DNA of 64,000 nucleotides from Candidatus Yonathbacteria bacterium (GTDB taxonomy: Bacteria > Patescibacteriota > Minisyncoccia > Phycocordibacterales > JACNGX01). The notes beneath the pieces are model-generated. The model was not told the DNA's origin. It made no database searches and saw nothing but the letters and a program-made list of their open reading frames with translations. The DNA lies in contig JAAXWR010000003.1 in NCBI GenBank assembly GCA_013334825.1, positions 37,167 through 101,166 on the forward strand. Direction: 5' to 3'. Below, in pieces: positions 44,148 to 53,991 of the stretch; the stretch's first letter is position 1, and each line of letters starts with the position of its first letter. The position numbers and the translations under genes were made by a program.

Positions 44148-45692
44148 TTAAAGTGTGCCTCCTTGCAAACGTGCCATAAGGGCATCTACTGCAGCAGCAA
44201 TCTCTGTAACACGGTTGGAGTCCTTTGTTATTGCTGTTTCGGTGTCAAACACTTTTGTGCGTGTGTATACGTCAATTGGTTCAACTGTGGTGTTATAGCT
44301 CTTATAAATGGCAATAACCTCTTTGAGTGTATTTGCTTGTTCCGCACGTTCAAGCATTGTTTCCAAAGAAGAGACATAATTGTTGGGTGCATTTACTGCC
44401 TGTATGAGTGTAGTATATCCCGACATCCTATTCCCTAGGGTGACGAGCTCAGAACGATACGAGAGAAGGAGTTCACGATTGGCAAGTATTTCGTCTTGGA
44501 GTATACCAAAGTTTCCTTGGGACAAAAGCGTATCGATATCTGTAATCGTTTCTGTTATGCGTGAAGATGATACGGTAACATTGTTTTCAATTGTATCGAG
44601 ATGTGTCGCGTCCGTGATTTCCTCTTCGAGAATATCAATAAGTCGATCGTCGGTTGAAATCGTTTCCGAAACACTTCCTGATGACGAATCAGTGGTACCA
44701 TCGGAGCTTCCTGTAATTGCAGTAATTCCCTGTGTGAGAAGGCTACTCACGAGATTATTGATGAGAGTAGCAAGCATTTCTTCGATTTCATCAGCATTTT
44801 CAAGACTACGAAGCGGGCTCCCCAATGCTTCTGAGAGAGTGTTCGCAATAAATTGTCCGGGTGTAACACGTTCCCACTTAATACAAGTTGCTCCTGTTCC
44901 CGCTGCTGCATTGCCACTATAGTCAAATGAATCGATACTGACAGAGTCTTGTGTCTTGGTGGCAATATCGTAGGTGCCTGCGTATTCAAGACATTTTCCC
45001 GGAAGTGAGAGAAGCCCACCACTTTGATCAAGTTCATCTTTGACGTTCGATACTGCAGTATTTACACGAGTGGAATGCTCTTCGGCAGCCATGTATGATT
45101 GTCCGTAGATATTGTTCTGAGGTTCAAGGAGCGCCATAAATCCAGTCCATCCTCCCTGTTTAAAATCTTCCATGAATGCTTCTGGATTGACAAGAACGTC
45201 TCCAATCGTGCTTCGCGCACGTTCAGAGTAGGGGGTGTATGACTGTGCAAGTTGCTTAAGAAGTTGGCGTTTGATAGGTTCATAAATGTCGGCCTCAGAG
45301 ACTTCACCCATAAAAGCGGTCGTTGCATCACGAGAAAGTTTTGCAAAAAATGCATCAGGGTCGGTCACAATGAGAGGGTCTCCAAAGAATCCTTGATTAA
45401 CAAAGTTTTGCAGATCCATGATAATGTCACCAACGAGCATCTTGGCAATTGTCCAAGCGATAGAGTCGAGTCCCATTTCTTTGGGAAGAATAGTGAGATC
45501 GCGAGTGATATCTCGTGTGACAATGACAGGGTCTCCTACACCGCCTCCGAGAAGCCCTGCGATATTTCCTAATCCAAAGAGAGCGTGTGCTTTTCGTGGT
45601 GCACCGAGTATACCAATAGAAATGGTGGCGAGAAGAAGAAATGCAAGGATTGTTTTTTGTCCTGTTGATGTGTGCGAATGGTGTGAAGTCAT
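44148..45692 (-). CDS. secreted/membrane-anchored hypothetical protein with coiled-coil C-terminal region
   Basis: N-terminal TM/signal ILAFLLLATISIGILGA; no recognised catalytic motif. Confidence 0.5.
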   Translation of the reverse strand: MTSHHSHTSTGQKTILAFLLLATISIGILGAPRKAHALFGLGNIAGLLGGGVGDPVIVTRDITRDLTILPKEMGLDSIAWTIAKMLVGDIIMDLQNFVNQGFFGDPLIVTDPDAFFAKLSRDATTAFMGEVSEADIYEPIKRQLLKQLAQSYTPYSERARSTIGDVLVNPEAFMEDFKQGGWTGFMALLEPQNNIYGQSYMAAEEHSTRVNTAVSNVKDELDQSGGLLSLPGKCLEYAGTYDIATKTQDSVSIDSFDYSGNAAAGTGATCIKWERVTPGQFIANTLSEALGSPLRSLENADEIEEMLATLINNLVSSLLTQGITAITGSSDGTTDSSSGSVSETISTDDRLIDILEEEITDATHLDTIENNVTVSSSRITETITDIDTLLSQGNFGILQDEILANRELLLSYRSELVTLGNRMSGYTTLIQAVNAPNNYVSSLETMLERAEQANTLKEVIAIYKSYNTTVEPIDVYTRTKVFDTETAITKDSNRVTEIAAAVDALMARLQGGTL

Positions 45693-45711
45693 AGAAATAT
45701 GTATACGCGGG

Positions 45712-46710
45712 TTAACGGCTCATAAAGATATACCCTCCTTCTCCAGGAGAAAATGATACATCAGATGTCGCGCAAGCATCAGCGAATGTTGCTGTTGATC
45801 GAGTAATACGTTCGAGCGCAGTACGATATTCAGAGATGCCAATGACGCCAGTTAATGTGTCGTGTTCAGTATCGCGAATCATAACAAGTGCACGCTTCAT
45901 ATTGTTTACACCATTGACGAGTTCGAGATGGGCATCTTTCAGGTTTTCAGGGACACGCGTTGACAAGAGTGTGTTACGCATACCTTCAAAAAATACAATA
46001 AATCTATCGAGACGTGCTAATCCAGCAATGTTTGTACCATTGCCATCAATGATTGATTCTTTAATGATGGTCATTTCGTAAGGTTCTCCCAATGCTTCAT
46101 ATGCCGACAGTTGTGTGCCAAAGATATTGCCATATGCACGAAGAGTTTCAACATCTGCTGGTCCGACAGCAATATCGACACGTGTATAGGCATCTACGAG
46201 TTTATTGTTTCCTGCTTCGTTGGCAATAATGTCATTGAGGACATCTGCTTTTCCAGAAATATCGTCTCCAGACATACCGTACGCGTACAAGTGACTCATG
46301 AATGCCTGAGCAACTGACTCGGTACGATTTCCATATCCAGTCTCTGTGCTTTCAAGTGATGGGATTGCTGGATATATAGAAAGCGAATCATCTACTGCAT
46401 TAATGAGAGGGTTGCGCTGCGTGAGGAGCTCAATAGAATCGGGAGTACCGTCTCCGTCACTGTCGACTTGTTCAGGGTTTGTACCCCACAGGGCCTCTTC
46501 CCAGTTTGAGAGTCCGTCATCATCATAGTCGGCATTTGGATCGTAATCTGTTGGGACATATGCCGAAGCAAGAGGGAGTGTTTTTTCAGGCACATTCCCA
46601 AGGCGAGTGATGCCGTACGCAATTCCTATAAAGATAATAATAACACCGACAATCGCGATAAAGCGTTTACTCGGGAGGTATGAAGAGATGGGCTGATGCA
46701 TATGCATCAA
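45712..46710 (-). CDS. membrane-anchored hypothetical protein with thrombospondin-type-3-like Ca-binding motif
   Basis: TM FIAIVGVIIIFIGIAYGI; DYDDDGLSNWEEALWGTNPEQVDSDGDGTPDSIE. Confidence 0.5.
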   Translation of the reverse strand: MMHMHQPISSYLPSKRFIAIVGVIIIFIGIAYGITRLGNVPEKTLPLASAYVPTDYDPNADYDDDGLSNWEEALWGTNPEQVDSDGDGTPDSIELLTQRNPLINAVDDSLSIYPAIPSLESTETGYGNRTESVAQAFMSHLYAYGMSGDDISGKADVLNDIIANEAGNNKLVDAYTRVDIAVGPADVETLRAYGNIFGTQLSAYEALGEPYEMTIIKESIIDGNGTNIAGLARLDRFIVFFEGMRNTLLSTRVPENLKDAHLELVNGVNNMKRALVMIRDTEHDTLTGVIGISEYRTALERITRSTATFADACATSDVSFSPGEGGYIFMSR

Positions 46711-46761
46711 TTATACAGAAAGAAGTGTTGTCAAGAAAGTGGCGGTGTGTATTACTCGCCC

Positions 46762-48351
46762 TTATGTGGTGTTTCGATAGATGGTATAGGCATTTCCAAT
46801 CAGGAGAATTGTTGCACATAGTAATATCCAGTTTTGCGCATAGTCGGCGACAGTACGTTCTTTTTTCAAAGAAATATTTCCTGAAATGAAACCTGTTTCA
46901 CCGCGAAGAGAAGATGTAACAATGTGTCCATTTCCATCAATAATAAAAGAAGGTGTCATGTTCCCCGCCTGTATGAACGGACGTGCATGTGTTACCGCAT
47001 GAATGATTGCTTTTCGTAGAACATATTTCCCCAGAAGAGGATGTCCAGTAAATGCCCCATGTGACGCCGCGTTTGCAAAGACGGTGGTGCCGTTATCGGA
47101 TGCTTCTGTATAAAGTGACATAGGTGTCGTTTCGGAGCAGAACAGTACAGTTAATGAAAATAATCCTTTCGATGAGATACTTTCAATCGCTGTTCCATGG
47201 GTATATCCACGCCGTGTTGTAAACGTATCAGCCCAGTGCCCTTGCCCGAAGATTTTTGAAAAAGTTGTAACAATATAAGGAAGATATTCGCCAAACGGTG
47301 CAAGAAAACGTTTTTGACCTTGCCCCACAAGTGTTCCTGTTGCGTCTATGTATTGCGCGGTGAGTATGAGAGAGCCATCTTCTGTACGATTTGTCTCTGA
47401 ATCGGTGGCAAGAAATGATGAAGATTGTGCGAGAGGATCAAGAATTTGACGGCGTGCGTCAAGTGAAAGCGAGCCGAGAAGGCCAGTGTCTTCAGGAAGA
47501 ATAAGTATATTAGTTCGTATACCAGAAGTTATTGCAGTATCGATATATTGTTTCGCGCGTGTTTGTTTGCGAGCATGGTCTATCTTTGTCGCACCAAATA
47601 CGGAAGGTTCGTTCAGAGAGATTGCGGTTGCAGAGATGGATTCCGCTGTGTCATGTGGGTGGAGGATGTGCCCGATGCTTGGGGTGATAAAAAGAAAAAG
47701 AATGAGTATTCCTACAGATTGTGCCATTGTGCCAAGATGTCTCTTGGGATATGCCGAGATAAGATGTGTTATTGCTACAGCACTTCCTGCGATGATAAAT
47801 TCAAAAAGATATGGTCCCCCAAGTGAAGTAATAGAGACGAGAAAGCTACTGTCAGCAAAAGATGTACCTAGATTTCCGAAATCCCAGTAAGGTCCGATTG
47901 ACGCTCCCTTTCCCCACCAAAGGACAGCATATGCAAATGAACGTACAAAAGAAAGTAGTGTCCATGCGGATGCCCCATACAAGACGTCTTTAATGAGTGT
48001 GTGGTGGGGTGAGCGCATGAACAGCGTCCAGATGCCCGTAAAGATACCAATGGTTAGAGAAGAAAATATCCATGCTGTTCCAACGACGATTCCAGCAAGG
48101 AGAGGAGATGTAAACCCTGCCCAACTAAGTGGGTACGCACCCCAAAACCAGAATGTCGAAATACCTCCCGCCATAACACCAGACAAAAACCCTCCTTGGT
48201 ATGCCATGCGACGTGTGCGATGTATGTTTCGTGCATATAAAACAAGTGGTACGAGTACACACGGTGCCATGACATATCCGTAGGGAGCGGCAATCGCGAT
48301 AATAGCAAATATCCCTGAATATAAAGGGAGAAGTGAAAAAGAAAAACGCAT
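46762..48351 (-). CDS. apolipoprotein N-acyltransferase-like protein (polytopic N-domain plus CN-hydrolase-like domain)
   Basis: 6-7 N-terminal TM helices, then a nitrilase-fold-like domain (ILILPEDTG, LFCSETT with candidate catalytic Cys); an Lnt assignment is tentative. Confidence 0.45.
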   Translation of the reverse strand: MRFSFSLLPLYSGIFAIIAIAAPYGYVMAPCVLVPLVLYARNIHRTRRMAYQGGFLSGVMAGGISTFWFWGAYPLSWAGFTSPLLAGIVVGTAWIFSSLTIGIFTGIWTLFMRSPHHTLIKDVLYGASAWTLLSFVRSFAYAVLWWGKGASIGPYWDFGNLGTSFADSSFLVSITSLGGPYLFEFIIAGSAVAITHLISAYPKRHLGTMAQSVGILILFLFITPSIGHILHPHDTAESISATAISLNEPSVFGATKIDHARKQTRAKQYIDTAITSGIRTNILILPEDTGLLGSLSLDARRQILDPLAQSSSFLATDSETNRTEDGSLILTAQYIDATGTLVGQGQKRFLAPFGEYLPYIVTTFSKIFGQGHWADTFTTRRGYTHGTAIESISSKGLFSLTVLFCSETTPMSLYTEASDNGTTVFANAASHGAFTGHPLLGKYVLRKAIIHAVTHARPFIQAGNMTPSFIIDGNGHIVTSSLRGETGFISGNISLKKERTVADYAQNWILLCATILLIGNAYTIYRNTT

Positions 48352-48371
48352 GAGAATAGTGTGAAAGACAA

Positions 48372-48854
48372 TCACCAACTCGCGATGTCTCCTATAGAGA
48401 GATTGTGTGAAGAAGAGAAACCGGCGGGAACTTCAAGAGCATAGCGCGCATTTGTTTGTGGGCTAAAACTCTCAGGGTATGTTTCTGGAGAAACAGTGTA
48501 TGCAATATCTACAATTTGTTTTTTTGCTGAAAACCAAATAATATCAATAGGATATGTCATGTCTTTCATCCAAAATGAATGATGATCATCTTTTGGGAAA
48601 ACGAATAGCATGCCTTCTTGTGGAGAAAGAGTGTTTGTCCCCGATAGTCCCTGACGGCGTTTTTCTTCAGTATCAGCAACATGAGCGGTGACGATAGTTC
48701 CGTTAATGGCAACGAGTGTGCGTTCGTATCCAGAAAGTGATACAGACGCGGAAAATTCGGCCGGGTAGGCATCTGCTTGGGACGATATAACTATGGTTGA
48801 TGCTGCAATTGAGGCAACAATAATCAAAATGAATGTGCCGATGGATGTGCGCAT
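48372..48854 (-). CDS. DUF192-family secreted protein
   Basis: Signal/TM, then GLSGTNTLSPQEGMLFVFPKDDHHSFWMKDMTYPIDIIWFSAKKQIVDI...ARYALEVPAGF, the DUF192 consensus. Confidence 0.6.
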   Translation of the reverse strand: MRTSIGTFILIIVASIAASTIVISSQADAYPAEFSASVSLSGYERTLVAINGTIVTAHVADTEEKRRQGLSGTNTLSPQEGMLFVFPKDDHHSFWMKDMTYPIDIIWFSAKKQIVDIAYTVSPETYPESFSPQTNARYALEVPAGFSSSHNLSIGDIASW

Positions 48855-49609
48855 AGTGCATGCCAGTCGGCGACGGAAAGATTTTCCGCACGCGCCGTCT
48901 TCTCTATGGTACACGCTTGAAGGGTGTCTTGTCCACATCCGAGATTTGATGCAAGAAGTTTACGCTTATGTGCGAATCCTTTTCTCACTGTCTCAAAGTA
49001 CACGCGTTCGTTCTCGTTAGATGTAAACGGATCAGACATATGTTCGACGACAAGGACAGCAGAATCAACAGTGGGTGATGGAGTGAACATGCCACGAGGA
49101 ATGGTACGCGCGATATGTGGTGTTCCATATGTTTGAATGGCAATAGAAAGAATACTTGCATCCCCTTTTCCCGCGACTGCTCGGCGAGCAACTTCTTTTT
49201 GTACAAGGAGTACTACATGTTTAGGAAGATGTGCGCGCGAGAAAAATCGACGAATGATGAGGCCTGTGATGTAATACGGAATATTTGCGGCGAGGATGTA
49301 GGTGCCGGGGTTAAGATTGTAGGTAGCAAGGTCAAGAGTGAGCGCGTCACCATGAACGAGCGTAAGACGTCCTGATGCAATATCGTCCACAAAGAGCGTC
49401 TGGAGCTCTGGAATAAGACGGTCGTCTTTTTCAACAGCGACAACGTGCGCGCCGGTATCAAGGAGGGCGCGCGTGAGCGCGCCCATACCAGGCCCGATTT
49501 CAAGGATGGTGTCCCCTATTCCCGCGCATGTTGCGGCAGCAATATCAGCAATCGCTTTCTCCGAAGTGAGAAAGTTTTGCCCAAGAGATTTTTTTGCTTT
49601 GATAGTCAT
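48824..49609 (-). CDS. rsmA: 16S rRNA (adenine1518/1519-N6)-dimethyltransferase
   Basis: KSLGQNFL motif, SAM-binding ILEIGPGMGALT. Start at MTIKAKK (49609); the ORF track extends to 49825. Confidence 0.85.
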   Translation of the reverse strand: MTIKAKKSLGQNFLTSEKAIADIAAATCAGIGDTILEIGPGMGALTRALLDTGAHVVAVEKDDRLIPELQTLFVDDIASGRLTLVHGDALTLDLATYNLNPGTYILAANIPYYITGLIIRRFFSRAHLPKHVVLLVQKEVARRAVAGKGDASILSIAIQTYGTPHIARTIPRGMFTPSPTVDSAVLVVEHMSDPFTSNENERVYFETVRKGFAHKRKLLASNLGCGQDTLQACTIEKTARAENLSVADWHALCAHPSAHSF

Positions 49610-49685
49610 GATAATGATGAGGAAGAAATAAATATATTGCAACACATTTTTTCTCAAAAAAAGAGGACTGTCCTTTCGGAAAAAG

Positions 49686-50630
49686 TTATCGACGTATCTG
49701 TGTGGCGCGTGCGCGATGAGTGAATACACGAAACGGAATAAAGAGAAGTGCCCAGGGAATGACAGAAAGGACGACAGGAAGAACAATATCAGGACGCGTA
49801 CCAAAGAATTTGTCCGCGAGATCAACGGCGAGTGTAAAGTTTACATACGCCATGCAAACAGTAAGGGCAATGCGATCAGGAAGTGCCTTTTTGAAAAAGA
49901 CGATATACGCAACAATATGAACACTGATAAAGAGCGCGCATATCGCGAGAAGCTCAGGTAAGGACTCCCCGCGTGTTACTAGTGATACGATTTCATCAGG
50001 GCGTTTGGCGACAATAAATGCGATAAGTCCACCAAGAAGTATGGTAGAAAAGGGTGTGAAAAAACGGGATACGCTCGATATACCACGCAAAGCATATATA
50101 CGAATACCTTGTGCTACGAAGAAAGGAAGAATAATCGCTTGGACGAGACGAAGAAACATTGCCATCCCATCCACATGCACAACATGTCCTGCCATAACAG
50201 ACACCATAAAGGGAACAGTGAATGGTGCCAGTAGTGAACTGGTGATGGTGATAACAAGAGCGGTATGCTTTTCTCCTCCGGCGAGCTCTGACAGAAGCGG
50301 CGCGGTCATACCCGCGGGCATTGCAGTAAGAAGAAGAAATGATATTGCAAGCGCGGGGGCAAAGGGCGCGGTTACAACATACGCGAGGAATGGGAGAAGT
50401 ATGAGCGTGAAGACAACGGCAGGAATAACAGTACGTGCATCGCGTAGGGCATGGATAACAGCGCGCATATCAATGGTGAGCGAACTGAGGAAAAATATCC
50501 CAATGAGAAGATAGAGGGATATGTTTGGATAGGCGGTAACAAATGTAGGAAATTGCGTGCCAATCCACACACCGCCAATAAGCGCGGTAAGGATGACAAT
50601 GATGAGTGGTTGTTCTGGATGCGCAGACAT
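49686..50630 (-). CDS. BASS/SBF-like (bile acid:sodium symporter family) putative transporter
   Basis: About 10 TM helices; pattern resembling SBF/ACR3-like CPA-fold transporters; the assignment is by general similarity only. Confidence 0.45.
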   Translation of the reverse strand: MSAHPEQPLIIVILTALIGGVWIGTQFPTFVTAYPNISLYLLIGIFFLSSLTIDMRAVIHALRDARTVIPAVVFTLILLPFLAYVVTAPFAPALAISFLLLTAMPAGMTAPLLSELAGGEKHTALVITITSSLLAPFTVPFMVSVMAGHVVHVDGMAMFLRLVQAIILPFFVAQGIRIYALRGISSVSRFFTPFSTILLGGLIAFIVAKRPDEIVSLVTRGESLPELLAICALFISVHIVAYIVFFKKALPDRIALTVCMAYVNFTLAVDLADKFFGTRPDIVLPVVLSVIPWALLFIPFRVFTHRARATQIRR

Positions 50631-50760
50631 GTGTAGGGACGGATGAGATGTTCTCAATACCAAAACTATACGGCGTTTTGTCGTTTTAGACAATCTTTTT
50701 TGAAATGCGTGTTGTAGTTCGTGCGTTGCATGTGTCTTTTTGTTTCGTTACAATGCACGC

Positions 50761-51021
50761 ATGAGTCAACGTATTGTAGTTGTTGAATGGTTTGATGCTG
50801 GGTATACCGACAAAGAATCTTCCGTTGATGTTTTTCCTCCTGCTCAACATACAGTTGGGGTTCTTGTGGAAGAGACGGACGAGTATGTGCATGTTGCAGT
50901 TAATATGTACTGCGAGAACGGAATTGTTGAACCAATTGATGGTTTTTTTATTCCCAAAGCAACAATTGCACACATGAGAGACGTTGGTCCTTACGTATGC
51001 GGATTAGAGAAAACACTATGA
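50761..51021 (+). CDS. small hypothetical protein, paralog A
   Basis: MSQRIVVVEWFDAGY...TVGVLVEETDEYVHV; paralogous to the next gene; its stop overlaps the next start (ATGA). Confidence 0.5.
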   Translation: MSQRIVVVEWFDAGYTDKESSVDVFPPAQHTVGVLVEETDEYVHVAVNMYCENGIVEPIDGFFIPKATIAHMRDVGPYVCGLEKTL

Positions 51022-51272
51022 AATATATTACTGTCACATGGAAAGATGCTACTTTTTATCATTTGGGACATATTCCATCAGGGTGTAGTTGTATGGAGAC
51101 ATCAGGTGTTTTACTCAAAGAAACAGATAAATACATACTTATCGGTAAGCCGAAATCAATAAGACGTCCAGACGGTAAACCCTATCCAGAAACAAGTGAA
51201 CCAAAGTATTTTCTCATTCCTAAGGGAATGGTAGAACATATAAAAGAAATAGATGAGAAACTCCAGAGATAA
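51018..51272 (+). CDS. small hypothetical protein, paralog B
   Basis: MKYITVTWKDATFYH...TSGVLLKETDKYILI shares the .V.W.DA...T.GVL..ETD.Y motif and IPK...HI.E with paralog A. Confidence 0.5.
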   Translation: MKYITVTWKDATFYHLGHIPSGCSCMETSGVLLKETDKYILIGKPKSIRRPDGKPYPETSEPKYFLIPKGMVEHIKEIDEKLQR

Positions 51273-51282
51273 AAACACGACC

Positions 51283-51807
51283 TCAAGGCCGTGTAGTTTG
51301 TAGAGAGATGATCCTGTATGCATCGGTGTATGCATACGATTTGTCGTTGTACTCTTCGGTATCGTAGACTGTTATCCCCTCTTTATGCCAGAGGACAAAA
51401 TACTTGATGCCGATATCAAGTGCCATTTTACTGCATATCGTGCAGTAAGGCGCGCCTGAATAGTGCAACTTACCGTCTTCGTCCAGTCGTACAAAGTACA
51501 ACGTTGAGCCAGCGAGACTTTCGGGATGTGTTCTGAGCACCTGTATCATCGCGCGCTGTTCCGCATGGACACAACATGTTTTATCCGTCACTTTTATGTG
51601 GTAGCCGTTCTTTTCACATCTACAGCGTCGCTGACTCTTTAGACCGCCGGGAGGACTGTTGAACCCTTCGCCGATGATACAACCTCTTTCGGAAACGATA
51701 ACTGCTCCGCATCGCGACCGCGCACACGTTGCCTGTTTTGCAGTTTCAGCTGCGATGGCCAGGTATTTTTTCGCCAGCTCTGCTTCTTCTTCTTTTATTA
51801 TCCGCAT
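51283..51807 (-). CDS. dCMP deaminase (cytidine/deoxycytidylate deaminase family)
   Basis: Zinc motifs CVHAEQRAM and PCTICSKMA; ComEB-like length with a Cys-rich insertion CRCEKNGYHIKVTDKTCC. Confidence 0.75.
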   Translation of the reverse strand: MRIIKEEEAELAKKYLAIAAETAKQATCARSRCGAVIVSERGCIIGEGFNSPPGGLKSQRRCRCEKNGYHIKVTDKTCCVHAEQRAMIQVLRTHPESLAGSTLYFVRLDEDGKLHYSGAPYCTICSKMALDIGIKYFVLWHKEGITVYDTEEYNDKSYAYTDAYRIISLQTTRP

Positions 51808-52014
51808 GATCGCTACTTTTTTAAGTTATTCAATACACCCTATATTGAAATGTACACATATTTATCTACTATTGCAAGGATAGTATAACTACCGAAGCTT
51901 TTGCTGGATGGGGACGAAAGACATAATATTACACACTTTTTCTCAAAAAAAGAGGACCGTCCTTTTTCTTTCTTTTAGTTTCTTGAAACTTTCAACTTGA
52001 AACTGAAAACTCGT

Positions 52015-53991
52015 TTACAAATACTCAATCATTCTCTCTCCCTCGTGTTGCTCTGTATCTTCTTCGTCTCCTCCTATTTCTTCTGCTGTTTCAATATATG
52101 CTTCATCCAAGTCCATGAGAAACTCTGATGGTGTATTGACGTTTTTTGATCCAAACACTGTACGCATGTGGGCATAACTGAGCCACACTTTTTTCTCTGC
52201 CCGCGTAACCGCGACATAAAAAAGCCGACGCTCCTCCTCTTCGCGCTCAGGGTTCCTGACTGGACCGTCAAATCCTCGATGCGGGAAGAGGTCCTGCTCC
52301 ATACCGGTGATGAATACATACGGGAATTCAAGTCCTTTGGATGCATGAACCGTCATGAGACGTACCGCGTCAACTTGTTTTTTTGTATGCGTGCCGAGCG
52401 AGTCTTGATCGGATGCGAGCGCAGCATCGGAAAGAAGCGTGGCGATACCTTCACCGAGGGGAAGTGTATCGTATTTGCTGCCGAGTGCGACAAGTTCGTA
52501 TGCGTTTTCAAGTCGTTCCTCCCCTTCTTCACGGTCTTTGAGAAACATTTCTTCAAGTCCACTTTGTTTAATGGTGTAGCGAATGAGAAGTGATGGCGTG
52601 TAGGTTTCTGCCGCACGGGCAATATCGGCAAGTATTGTGCGGAAAGAAGCGACTTTCTCTTTTGTCGCGGGTGGCAACGATGCTTCGTCTCCCGCAAGCA
52701 CTTTGGCAAGTGTTGTCTTGCCAAGCCCGCGCGTGGGGACGTTCAAGATGCGCGCGATGTCGGCAGTCGCATCAGGATTCAGTGCTGCACGGATATACGC
52801 AAGCACATGTTTGACTTCCATGCGGTTGAAAAATTTTACGCCGAGCACTTGATACGGAATGTCACGCGCGAGAAGCCCTTCTTCGAGCGCGCGTGATTGA
52901 AAGTTGGCACGATAGAGAATTGCAATGTCTTTTGGTGATACACCCTGTGTGATGAGGTCGCGACATGTCTTTGCGATGAAGCGTGCCTCTTCTCTTTCAT
53001 CGAGAGTTGAGACAATAGAAATTTTCTCTCCCCCCTTTTTATTGGTGAAAAGAGTTTTGTCTTTGCGTACTTTATTCTTTTTGATAATGTCATTGGCAGC
53101 GGCGAGAATATGCTCAGTAGAACGATAGTTTTCTTCAAGAAGCACGACGGTTGCGTCTGGATAATCTTCTTCAAATATCATCATATTGCGAAAATCCGCG
53201 CCACGCCAACCATAAATACTTTGGTCAGTGTCCCCCACAACGCAGATGTTGTGCTGGTCGCCTCCGAGAATTTTGGAAAGTTTGTATTGCGCCACATTCG
53301 TATCCTGATATTCATCGATGTGAATGTGTGTCCACCGCGCTTGATATTTGGCCCGGATATCAGGACGTTCAGACAAAAGGAGTGTTGTATGGAGAATAAG
53401 GTCGTCAAAGTCAAACGCTTTTTCTTGTACGAGAAGTCGCTCGTATTCTTTCCATACACCTGCGACGATGCGAGGAAAATATTCATTACCGACGCGTGCG
53501 GCATACGTTTCCGCGGTGAGGAGTTCGCCTTTTTCACGTGAGATGGCATTTTTGAGTCGACGTGGTTCAAATTGTTTTGGGTCAAGTTGTTGTGCGATGA
53601 TTGCCTGTTTCAAAAGACGGTTTGTATCATCATCATCCAGTATGGAAAAGTGTGTACCTCTGCCTGTGGCTTCATGCTCGGCGCGGAGGATATATGCGCC
53701 AAGAGAGTGAAATGTTGCGACAAACGGCTCTCCTGCTTTCGCGCCATGACGAACAGATGCTTCTGTCGCAAGGAGCGCACGTACACGGTCAGCCATTTCA
53801 CGCGCGGCTTTGTTGGTAAAGGTGATTGCAAGAATATGTTCAGGCGCGATACCTGATTTGATGAGGTTCAAAATGCGATGTGTGAGAGTTTTTGTTTTTC
53901 CCGCGCCAGCACCTGCAATAATAAGTAGTGGTCCAGTTGTGTGCTCTGCTGCGGAACGTTGCGCGGGATTGAGTGAATCAAGATGAGACAT
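52015..53991 (-). CDS. ATP-dependent DNA helicase UvrD/PcrA family
   Basis: LNPAQRSAAEHTTGPLLIIAGAGAGKTKTLTHRI (motif I), DEYQDTN (motif II), later SF1 motifs VTRA..., QDxxx. Confidence 0.9.
   Translation of the reverse strand: MSHLDSLNPAQRSAAEHTTGPLLIIAGAGAGKTKTLTHRILNLIKSGIAPEHILAITFTNKAAREMADRVRALLATEASVRHGAKAGEPFVATFHSLGAYILRAEHEATGRGTHFSILDDDDTNRLLKQAIIAQQLDPKQFEPRRLKNAISREKGELLTAETYAARVGNEYFPRIVAGVWKEYERLLVQEKAFDFDDLILHTTLLLSERPDIRAKYQARWTHIHIDEYQDTNVAQYKLSKILGGDQHNICVVGDTDQSIYGWRGADFRNMMIFEEDYPDATVVLLEENYRSTEHILAAANDIIKKNKVRKDKTLFTNKKGGEKISIVSTLDEREEARFIAKTCRDLITQGVSPKDIAILYRANFQSRALEEGLLARDIPYQVLGVKFFNRMEVKHVLAYIRAALNPDATADIARILNVPTRGLGKTTLAKVLAGDEASLPPATKEKVASFRTILADIARAAETYTPSLLIRYTIKQSGLEEMFLKDREEGEERLENAYELVALGSKYDTLPLGEGIATLLSDAALASDQDSLGTHTKKQVDAVRLMTVHASKGLEFPYVFITGMEQDLFPHRGFDGPVRNPEREEEERRLFYVAVTRAEKKVWLSYAHMRTVFGSKNVNTPSEFLMDLDEAYIETAEEIGGDEEDTEQHEGERMIEYL

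Noticed and set aside
51283-53991. dCMP deaminase plus helicase as a nucleotide-depletion anti-phage defence pair
   Set aside because: The deaminase is a plain 174-aa ComEB-type enzyme without the N-terminal kinase-like domain of defence dCTP deaminases, and the helicase is a standard UvrD/PcrA with housekeeping motifs
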